A stretch of DNA of 63,647 nucleotides, the filler included, from Candidatus Woesearchaeota archaeon (GTDB lineage: Archaea > Nanobdellota > Nanobdellia > Woesearchaeales > CG1-02-33-12), in NCBI GenBank assembly GCA_018399355.1. It is 16 parts of 16 records of this genome, joined end to end, with 100 filler letters (N's around TTAATTAATTAA, not from the genome) between each part and the next. Parts side by side here need not be neighbours in the genome. Positions count along the whole stretch, not along the records: positions 41,527 to 43,954 come from JAGYOA010000072.1; positions 44,055 to 46,453 come from JAGYOA010000073.1; positions 46,554 to 48,915 come from JAGYOA010000074.1; positions 49,016 to 51,332 come from JAGYOA010000075.1; 12 more parts are not named here. One strand, 5' to 3'. Under the pieces are notes generated by a model. The model did not search any database and was not told the DNA's origin. It worked only from the letters and a program-made list of their open reading frames with translations. A program made the translations under genes and the position numbers. Below, piece by piece: positions 41,527 to 49,016 of this stretch (position 1 is its first letter; each line of letters begins with the position of its first letter).

Positions 41527-41794
41527 GTTTATCTTCTATTAAATATAAAAAAGTATAACCTCCACCAGAAATATTTTTTTGTTTTCGCTTTACTAATTCT
41601 TTTTCAACCAAATTACTTATAGCTTTTTGAATAGTCGTTCTATCAAGCTTCATTAAATCTGAAATTTGTATTGCTGTAAAGCTTCTATCCTTTTTTAATA
41701 AAAACATCAATAAATTGTATTCTGTTTTATTCAACGCAAGAGAACATTTAATTAAATTTTCTTTGGATATTTTTTTACATGAGAATGTTATCAT
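41527..41794 (-). CDS. TrmB/MarR-like wHTH regulator, 3' truncated
   Basis: LNKTEY..LDRTTIQKAISNL..GGYTFLY. Confidence 0.8.
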
Positions 41795-41795
41795 T

Positions 41796-42062
41796 TTAAC
41801 CACCAAAATTTTTGCCTACAAACAAAAAGCAATGGCAATGTTTTTGTTTTTTTATTTCATCTTTATGATAAATACAAGGGCAAACTATCTCATCTCTATG
41901 GATTTTTCTGCAAGGGCAATATTTCTTGCCAAATTCTTCTTCATTTTTAATTAATGCTTTAATAAGATTTTCAACTATCTCTTTATTTGGATTTAGTCTG
42001 AAACCATTTTTTTCGGCATGCTTTTTATATTCTTTAATTAGTATTTGGACTTTTTTATCCAT
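41796..42062 (-). CDS. Ferredoxin:thioredoxin reductase catalytic subunit-like protein
   Basis: LNPN, YCPCR, VCPC, CHCFLF. Confidence 0.9.
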   Translation of the reverse strand: MDKKVQILIKEYKKHAEKNGFRLNPNKEIVENLIKALIKNEEEFGKKYCPCRKIHRDEIVCPCIYHKDEIKKQKHCHCFLFVGKNFGG

Positions 42063-42063
42063 A

Positions 42064-42240
42064 TTAATCCTCAATTTTTATTGCATTATTTGGACAAGCA
42101 GATACACATACTCTGCATTTTTTGCATTTTTCTGGGTGTTTAACAACTGCTTTTCCATTTTCAATTTCAAAAACGCCAAAAGGACATGCTTCAACACAAT
42201 TACCGCATCCAGAGCATTTATTTTTATTAACTTTTATCAT
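42064..42240 (-). CDS. 58-aa 2x[4Fe-4S] ferredoxin (not in ORF track)
   Basis: CSGCGNCVEACP and CKKCRVCVSACP. Confidence 0.9.
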   Translation of the reverse strand: MIKVNKNKCSGCGNCVEACPFGVFEIENGKAVVKHPEKCKKCRVCVSACPNNAIKIED

Positions 42241-42244
42241 ATTT

Positions 42245-42976
42245 TTATCCTCCTATTAATTTTGTGATTACAATGAATATTGATAAAGCAACTCCTGCTA
42301 AAAAAGCCCAAATGGAGTGCTTTTTTTCATATTCTCTTGCTTCTGGTAAAAGATGTGCTGCTGAAATATAAATTAACACTCCGCAGACAAATCCCAACGC
42401 CAATCCCAAAATAGAGCTATTTAATTTGTTTATAAAAGGATAAGCAATAAATGCTCCAATAGGGGTTGTAAGTGCTGCTACAAGAAAAGCATAAAATGCC
42501 GCTTTCTTCTTTCCTATTTTTGTTTTCATTAAAACCGAAAAGGTGATTACACCTTCGGCAAATTCATGGACAACTAAACCTATACCTGATAAAAAACCTA
42601 TCAATAAACTAGCACTAAAAGTAACTGCATAAATGATTCCATCAACAAAAGAATGTATTCCTATGCCTTCAACCGCAGTAATTCCGAAAGCTAATGATTT
42701 TTGTTTTGTTTTTTGTTTGATGATTTCATTGCTTAAAAACATGAACAAAAATCCAATCAAAGCCATAACTCCAGCATATGAGTTCATTTTTATTGCATTA
42801 GGCAATGCAAATATCAATGGTGTTGAAATTAAAACTCCTGCAGCAAAGCACATAAAATAGGCTTTTACTTTTGATGTCCATTTTTTATTTTTATAAATAA
42901 CAAAAATGCCTATGCTATTAACTATTGCTGAGCTAATAGCAAAAATTGCAATCCATGTAAAGGTATTAATTTCCAT
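42245..42976 (-). CDS. ZIP-family metal transporter
   Basis: FAAGV, IHSFVDG, VHEFAEG, HLLPEA. Confidence 0.9.
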   Translation of the reverse strand: MEINTFTWIAIFAISSAIVNSIGIFVIYKNKKWTSKVKAYFMCFAAGVLISTPLIFALPNAIKMNSYAGVMALIGFLFMFLSNEIIKQKTKQKSLAFGITAVEGIGIHSFVDGIIYAVTFSASLLIGFLSGIGLVVHEFAEGVITFSVLMKTKIGKKKAAFYAFLVAALTTPIGAFIAYPFINKLNSSILGLALGFVCGVLIYISAAHLLPEAREYEKKHSIWAFLAGVALSIFIVITKLIGG

Positions 42977-43208
42977 GATTTTCTCCTTTTGTATAATCTT
43001 TAGCTATTTTATAATCCTTAACTTCTTTTATGTCATCTTGCGACTCTACTATGAAATTTACTTTTCTTTGCATGCCTATTTCAGGAACAAATTGCGTTAA
43101 AAAATCAATAAATTGTTCATTATCTCCTTTGCACCCAACATGATTAAATACTTTTCCACCTAATTTTTCCATCCTGTTAAATAGCCATCCATTAAATATT
43201 TTTTTCAT
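42966..43208 (-). CDS. Hypothetical protein (homologue of 52183-52419)
   Basis: Near-identical protein encoded on another contig. Confidence 0.75.
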   Translation of the reverse strand: MKKIFNGWLFNRMEKLGGKVFNHVGCKGDNEQFIDFLTQFVPEIGMQRKVNFIVESQDDIKEVKDYKIAKDYTKGENHGN

Positions 43209-43226
43209 TTATAACTCTCCTTAAAT

Positions 43227-43547
43227 TTACCCTCTTTTGCCTCTGCCTCCACCGCCCATGCCCATTCCTCTTCCATTTCTAGGACCTAATCCTAAACCTC
43301 TGCCTTTTCCTGCACCTTTTCCTCTTCCTTGACCAAATCCTAAAGGATTATTTTTTAATTCTTTATTGCCAGAATCTTTTCCATCAAGTAAGATAGCATT
43401 TCTTGGGCAGGCATCAGCAGCTTCTTTTAAACACTCTGCCTTTTCATTTTTTATTTTAGCTTTTCCATTAACCATCTCAATTCCATCTGGACAGATATTA
43501 GCACAAACTCCGCAACCAACACATTCTTCTTGTATGATTCTAACCAT
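43227..43547 (-). CDS. Ferredoxin with Gly/Arg-rich tail
   Basis: CVGCGVCANICP...ACP; GRGxG repeats; start re-called at MVRII. Confidence 0.85.
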   Translation of the reverse strand: MVRIIQEECVGCGVCANICPDGIEMVNGKAKIKNEKAECLKEAADACPRNAILLDGKDSGNKELKNNPLGFGQGRGKGAGKGRGLGLGPRNGRGMGMGGGGRGKRG

Positions 43548-43750
43548 TTTTGACCTCCAATTTTTTAATTTCATTGATTGTCTTTTCAGCAACCCTTATT
43601 TCTTTGTTGAAATGATTTATCATTCTTTCCAAAAAAGCTTTTTTTCTTCTTTGCTATTAAATTTCTTCATAAGATATTTTGTTTTTTCAATATTTTCTTC
43701 AATTCCTAAATTTTCTTTTTTCTAATCTCACTTAACTCGTCCATTTTCAT
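43540..43750 (-). pseudogene. Deletion scar: thioredoxin-like N-terminus fused out of frame to the 3' half of a ferredoxin gene
   Basis: MKMDELSEIRKKKI* joined to sequence homologous to the 3' half of 52740-53093. Confidence 0.6.
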
Positions 43751-44056
43751 CCTTTTAAATTAGAATAGTGATTAAAGCAATCACTACCCTTATAAAAACC
43801 TATCGGTATAGGGAAATATTAGATACAATAAAATCACATAATCAAATTGCAATACTGTTCTTTTAGAAAAAGAACCAAAAATCTGGACTCCCCCTCATCC
43901 TTCGGACATATAGTCTCATACAGAGAAGTTTATTATCATGAAAATTTAACTCTTNNNNNNNNNNNNNNNNNNNNNNNNNNNNNNNNNNNNNNNNNNNNTT
44001 AATTAATTAANNNNNNNNNNNNNNNNNNNNNNNNNNNNNNNNNNNNNNNNNNNNAA

Positions 44057-44500
44057 GAATACAACAGGCTAAAAGAGAAATACTCTTTGCCTGATATAAA
44101 TGATATCAGCAGCTTTTTTGGTATTTACAGGATTGAAGAAGAAGATTTTCTTTTGACGCAGATAAGGAAAAAGATTGTTGAAAAACTTATGAGGATATCA
44201 GAAATTCTTGAAAATTTTCTTCATCCTGATACAACAATGTCAGATATATACGAATGCAGGGCATTTGATGAGTTTGAAAGGGACGAAATGTTTGAACTAT
44301 ACAAAAAGTTAAAGGTGATTGAAAAACAGTCAACCTTAATTTCTCTTGATTCAGATGAGCAGAGAGAAGCAGAATTTATAAGGCAAACATTAAATTCTTG
44401 GAATGAAATAAAAGAAAAGATGATTCACTTTATAACAAAGCTTGAAAATTTCTGGAAAAGTGAATCACCTGAAAAAACAAAGGAGGGTTACTTTGGTTAA
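44057..44500 (+). CDS. Conserved-looking hypothetical protein, 5' truncated
   Basis: Open frame ending GYFG just before adk. Confidence 0.65.
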   Translation, partial: EYNRLKEKYSLPDINDISSFFGIYRIEEEDFLLTQIRKKIVEKLMRISEILENFLHPDTTMSDIYECRAFDEFERDEMFELYKKLKVIEKQSTLISLDSDEQREAEFIRQTLNSWNEIKEKMIHFITKLENFWKSESPEKTKEGYFG

Positions 44501-44501
44501 A

Positions 44502-45140
44502 ATGAATATAGTATTATTAGGCTCGCCAGGAGTCGGAAAAGGAACATATGCAGAAAAGATATCTAAAATTTACAGTATTCCGCAGATTTCAACAGGAGAT
44601 ATTTTCAGAGAGGCAATAAAGAATGAGACAAAAGTTGGGCTGGAGGCAAAAAGCTACATGGATAAGGGCGAGTTAGTTCCTGATGAGGTCACAATAAAAA
44701 TAGTCAAGGAAAGATTGGAAAAAGACGACTGCAAGAACGGCTTTATGCTTGACGGGTTTCCAAGGACAATAGCCCAGGCAGACGCACTTTCTGAAATATC
44801 CAAAATAGACAAAGTTCTTAGTTTTGTTGCAGATGACGAAATAATAATTGACAGATTATCCGGAAGAAGAGTTTGCAGCGAGTGCGGAAGAATATTTCAT
44901 GTTAAAAACATTCCTCCTAAAATAGAGGGAATCTGCGATATCTGTGAAGGAAAGCTTATCCAGAGAGAGGATGACAAGCCCGAATCAATAAAAAAGCGCC
45001 TTGATGTCTATAAAAAACAGACAGCTCCTTTAATAGATTATTACAAGGAGAAAAATATATTGGCAGAAATTGATGCAAGTAAGCCGATTGAAAAGGTTGA
45101 TGAGATAATTTCTGATGTAAGGAAGGCACTCGAGGAATAA
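44502..45140 (+). CDS. adk: Adenylate kinase (Zn-lid type)
   Basis: GSPGVGKGT, LDGFPRT, CxxC..CxxC lid; start re-called at MNIVLLG. Confidence 0.95.
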   Translation: MNIVLLGSPGVGKGTYAEKISKIYSIPQISTGDIFREAIKNETKVGLEAKSYMDKGELVPDEVTIKIVKERLEKDDCKNGFMLDGFPRTIAQADALSEISKIDKVLSFVADDEIIIDRLSGRRVCSECGRIFHVKNIPPKIEGICDICEGKLIQREDDKPESIKKRLDVYKKQTAPLIDYYKEKNILAEIDASKPIEKVDEIISDVRKALEE

Positions 45141-45145
45141 AATTA

Positions 45146-46168
45146 TTAAAATATTTTCTTTATTACTATCGTCGCATAAGAGCCTTTTGGAAGATTAAAG
45201 GATATTATGCATTTCTTTTTGTTTATGTTTATTTCATCATCTTTAATTTCTGTTTTGATGTTTTCTGCTGTGATAAACATATCTCTATAATCTCCCTCAA
45301 AGCTTAGTTCTGGCATGGCCCTTATTATAAAATCCCTAAGGTTTATTTTGTGTTTTTCCATTAATCTCAATGATATTTCTTCTATTTTTTTATCTTTAAA
45401 TTCTGTTCCAAAGCCAATTAAGGGAATTTTTTGGTTTTGCATTTCATTATTTGGAAAAATAAAAATGCCATTAGAATAATTAACTGTTTTGTAATCATCT
45501 GTATTTGTTTTGATTATTTCAGCAACAGTCTCATTAAAAATTAAGCTCTGGAATGCATGAACATACATCATGCTTATCTTTTTTGGTATTCTTTTTATAG
45601 CTCCAACAAAATCATTCGGCTTTTTTAATGTATGTTCTTTTACATCCTTTTCAAAGCCACTTTGTTTTAGGTTATCACCCAGAATCAAATCAACTGCTTT
45701 TTTAAAATCTTTTTTTATTATTGCTTTTCCTATTTCAGCATTATTTTCACTAAAACGCTGCTCATCAAAATAGTTTGGGATTTGTAATTTTTCATTAACT
45801 TTTAAGTTAAGTTCATCAAGATTTCTTACTGTGATTATAAACTTATTTTGTTTTAAATCACCAAGGTTGATCCTTTCTTTTCCATTTCCGATGTACTTAA
45901 GCTCAATGTCCTTTAGTTTGATATCTTGTTTTTTTATTGGGCCTTTTATTGAAATAAACTGCTCTGTTAATGCATTCTTGTCTTTTGCGCCCGCATAACC
46001 TATATCTTTTCTTGATTTTTTAAGGTATTCAGCTATAGTTGAAACAGCTTTTTCAGTGGTGTAGTTTGTTTTTTTAAGCGTGAAATAGCTGTACTGCCCT
46101 TCTTCTGTCTTTAACTCGTTGATCTCTTTTACTATGAAATCTTCAGGAATCTGCTTTATTTTGTACAT
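45146..46168 (-). CDS. truD: tRNA pseudouridine(13) synthase
   Basis: PEDFIVKE, AGAKDKNALTEQ, PNYFDEQRF, LPKGSYAT. Confidence 0.93.
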   Translation of the reverse strand: MYKIKQIPEDFIVKEINELKTEEGQYSYFTLKKTNYTTEKAVSTIAEYLKKSRKDIGYAGAKDKNALTEQFISIKGPIKKQDIKLKDIELKYIGNGKERINLGDLKQNKFIITVRNLDELNLKVNEKLQIPNYFDEQRFSENNAEIGKAIIKKDFKKAVDLILGDNLKQSGFEKDVKEHTLKKPNDFVGAIKRIPKKISMMYVHAFQSLIFNETVAEIIKTNTDDYKTVNYSNGIFIFPNNEMQNQKIPLIGFGTEFKDKKIEEISLRLMEKHKINLRDFIIRAMPELSFEGDYRDMFITAENIKTEIKDDEININKKKCIISFNLPKGSYATIVIKKIF

Positions 46169-46222
46169 ATTTGTAATATAAACGCAAAACTTAATAAAGC
46201 TTCATATTTTTCCTGGGATAAT

Positions 46223-46283
46223 GAGCCTGTAGCCTAGTCTGGATAGGGTGACAGCCTCCTAAGCTGTAGATCCCGGGTTCGAA
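46223..46283 (+). tRNA. tRNA-Arg(CCT), positions 1-59 only; interrupted in the T-loop
   Basis: GAGCCTG acceptor 5' strand, D arm, ACAGC-CTCCTAA-GCTGT, CCGGG-TTCGAA; expected TCCCGGCAGGCTC is absent from the contig. Confidence 0.85.
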
Positions 46284-46433
46284 CAGCTTCTTGCTAAGCT
46301 GGCACGCATGTCCAGCATAAAGCTGGACTCGCTCGCTAACGCTCGCAAACAGCTGCTTGCTCAGCTGGCACGCAGAAGCGACATTCAATTGCTTCACAAT
46401 TGAAGTCCCTTGTGCTCGCTGAAGCTCGCAAAA
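46282..46433. repeat. Two tandem structured repeat modules inserted in the tRNA T-loop
   Basis: 27-nt repeat (46282, 46348) differing only by a compensatory pair; variable hairpin; GCTCGCTnnnGCTCGCAAA twice. Confidence 0.85.
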
Positions 46434-46665
46434 TGTGAGGGTTAGATTAAAGCNNNNNNNNNNNNNNNNNNNNNNNNNNNNNNNNNNNNNNNNNNNNTTA
46501 ATTAATTAANNNNNNNNNNNNNNNNNNNNNNNNNNNNNNNNNNNNNNNNNNNNTCGATTTGGTCATCGAGGCGCCCCATCCGAGCCCGTAACCCCGGCGT
46601 CCAGGCCGATCTCGGCGAGGACGCTCGGGGCGACCGGGCCGCCTTGCCAAACCATGAATATAAAT

Positions 46666-47061
46666 TTAGTATGCCTTGGCTATTACATACTCATTCTCAT
46701 CAGCTGTTGTGTCAATCTCCTTGCCCTTGAGGTATGATATTGTCTGACAGCCATAAAACCTCAAAAAGTGGGCTAAAGCGCTTGTGTGAGGTATATTACC
46801 ATCCTTATCTGTTGAAACCCATAATCCAGATTCAACAATTTTCTTGTTCTTCTCAAACTTAACCTTGCTTATCTCCATCTCTGGAACTTCTGGATGCTTT
46901 ACTTTAAGGACAAGTTTGTTACCTATTTCCTTGCCGTCGCTATTATGAACTCTCCTAACTTCAAAGGATGTTATTTTAACCTTCTCTGGCTTTACTGGCG
47001 GCTGTTCGTTGCCTACTGGTATATTCTCATATTCTATGCTTTCGTTTGTTTCATTTTCCAT
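46666..47061 (-). CDS. Hypothetical protein downstream of rep gene (possible OB-fold SSB)
   Basis: 131-aa beta-rich ORF with GGAGG SD; function inferred from context only. Confidence 0.55.
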   Translation of the reverse strand: MENETNESIEYENIPVGNEQPPVKPEKVKITSFEVRRVHNSDGKEIGNKLVLKVKHPEVPEMEISKVKFEKNKKIVESGLWVSTDKDGNIPHTSALAHFLRFYGCQTISYLKGKEIDTTADENEYVIAKAY

Positions 47062-47088
47062 TTTCTATTTTCCTCCATGTTCTTTTGA

Positions 47089-48915
47089 TTATAATTCCAC
47101 ACCTGCACAAATATCGCAGTATATCCTGCCTTGTCTATCTTCCAAAGTCCAACCATTTGAATTTGTTGAGCCACAAACACTGCAAGGAAGATGGGTTGGG
47201 TCAACCTTTCTAAAGTGCTTTCCATCCGCTCCTTTGATTGAAAAATTTGCTTCAGAATCATCAATTTCTTCAATTTTAACCTTTGTTTCCTGTGGAGATT
47301 GGTTTAGGTTTGCGGTTACGTTAGTTACGTTTGTTACATCAGTTACGTTGTCAGTCAGCCTATTTTGTGCATCACTTTCTTTTTGATTTTCCATACTTGA
47401 CAACATAACTGTCGTAACTTTCGTAACTGTCGTAACCTTTTCAGCATCTGGCACATACTTTTTCACTAATTTTTGAAACTCATTAGTGACTAAAATGATG
47501 TTTTTTGTCTTGCCTTCAACCTTGCTCCTTTTTGTTTCAATTCCCATTCCCTTTAGGTGTTTTCCAATGGTTCTTGAGGTTGTGTTCATCCCATTTCCAT
47601 CCATCTTGTCAGCTATCATCTGCGGAGTTATTGTTTCAATACCATCTTCAACCATCAAATTAACAATTGCATTGATTATTTCACCATCAAAGCTTGAGGC
47701 CCTGTTTTCAATAAGCTCAAGCTGGTATTTTTTAAGAAATTCCTTGAAATCATCAAAAGCCTCAGGAATATTGGCAAAAAGAGATGCAAAGCTTATTGTG
47801 GCCTGTTTCAACCTTGGCTCAATATTTCCAAGGTCTAAGCTCATAACATTGTCTGGATAAATATTAAAATAATAGTCAAACCTGAACTTCAATAGCTTGT
47901 TTCTCAACTCTTCCTGCTTCTTGAAAAATTTTGAAGGGAGTATTACTGGAATATCTCTCTCAGTTGTTCTTGTGATATGAGTGAGACACCTGCTTTCTAA
48001 GGCTTGGTCCTTGAAATATTTCCTAGTGGTTATTATCTTAGGACAGAATGGAGAATAAAACTCAACAAGAGTTGGGTCAAGCTTGTTGCACTGGTATATG
48101 CTTCTGTGCTTCTCAAATCCAAGATTATAAAATTTCACAATCTCATTCTTCTCATCATCTCCCCTAAAATCGCCTTCATCAGTTAATACAGTGCCTCTCC
48201 ACTTGTTAACCATTCTTTTTAATGCCGCAACAGTACCTGCTCCGCTTCCAACTATTGGCTTGTAGCATATTCTTCCAACTGCATCCAAAAATCTGCTCTT
48301 TCCTGTTCCAAAGTCTCCAAGGGCCCTCAAATAGTTAATAGTGTTCAGCCTGTCATAAACCCAAGTAAGCAGCACATACCATGCAGAAATAGTGAGATAC
48401 TTTTCCTCGCAATCATAATATTCCCTTATAAACTCCCTTATCTCATCTATCAACGAGTTTATATCACCATAATCCTTAATATCACTTGGCAGAAGGACAA
48501 CCTCCCTTACAAGCTCTTCTGCATTTATTGGCCTGTGCTTTATTCCATCAATAATAATTTCCTTTTCCTTTGTTATTGAATTGTCAACAGGATTATGAAC
48601 ATAATAAAAAGAAGTTCCCTTTTCCGTGTCATAGCATTGTTCTGCCATTTTTCCATCAAAAAGTATTAGGCTTGTATATTCAACATCCTCTTCTTCTTTG
48701 TTTTTCTTTGGCTTGTGTGTTTTTTTAGCACTATTCTCAAGGGTATTGAGCTCTTTTTCAGAGTATTTTTCCTTTATGTAGTCCCTGAGGCCCTCAATAG
48801 TCACATCATCCCTTGGGTTGTGCTCTCCAATTTTATCAAAAAAACTCTGTTTCTGCTCTTGTGTAAGGGTATCAAACCCAACCTTCTTTTTCAAGGCCGT
48901 AAGCAAGGCATTGTA
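47089..48915 (-). CDS. Plasmid/virus replication protein: P-loop NTPase, wHTH and C-terminal Zn finger; 5' truncated
   Basis: GDFGTGKS Walker A, LTDEGD Walker B, ALESRC Arg finger, RTIGKHLKGMG, CSVC..CDIC. Confidence 0.75.
   Translation of the reverse strand, partial: YNALLTALKKKVGFDTLTQEQKQSFFDKIGEHNPRDDVTIEGLRDYIKEKYSEKELNTLENSAKKTHKPKKNKEEEDVEYTSLILFDGKMAEQCYDTEKGTSFYYVHNPVDNSITKEKEIIIDGIKHRPINAEELVREVVLLPSDIKDYGDINSLIDEIREFIREYYDCEEKYLTISAWYVLLTWVYDRLNTINYLRALGDFGTGKSRFLDAVGRICYKPIVGSGAGTVAALKRMVNKWRGTVLTDEGDFRGDDEKNEIVKFYNLGFEKHRSIYQCNKLDPTLVEFYSPFCPKIITTRKYFKDQALESRCLTHITRTTERDIPVILPSKFFKKQEELRNKLLKFRFDYYFNIYPDNVMSLDLGNIEPRLKQATISFASLFANIPEAFDDFKEFLKKYQLELIENRASSFDGEIINAIVNLMVEDGIETITPQMIADKMDGNGMNTTSRTIGKHLKGMGIETKRSKVEGKTKNIILVTNEFQKLVKKYVPDAEKVTTVTKVTTVMLSSMENQKESDAQNRLTDNVTDVTNVTNVTANLNQSPQETKVKIEEIDDSEANFSIKGADGKHFRKVDPTHLPCSVCGSTNSNGWTLEDRQGRIYCDICAGVEL
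47315..47436. repeat. Inverted iteron-like arrays (candidate replication origin)
   Basis: GTTAC at 47315/47324/47333/47342; ATAAC/GTAAC at 47405/47414/47423/47432. Confidence 0.7.
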
Positions 48916-49016
48916 NNNNNNNNNNNNNNNNNNNNNNNNNNNNNNNNNNNNNNNNNNNNTTAATTAATTAANNNNNNNNNNNNNNNNNNNNNNNNNNNNN
49001 NNNNNNNNNNNNNNNT

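Noticed and set aside
46207..46219. TTTTTCCTGGGAT upstream of the tRNA matches the 17.2-kb repeat prefix
   Set aside because: Only 13 nt including a T-run, with no hairpin or ATCACCTC; chance cannot be excluded.
46191..46397. 68-aa minus-strand ORF with repeated ACQLSK
   Set aside because: Antisense to the tRNA and the hairpin repeats; the peptide repeat is a by-product.
46282..46433. Possible mini CRISPR array
   Set aside because: Only two units, the spacers are themselves hairpins of unequal length, and no cas genes are present; reported as a structured repeat instead.
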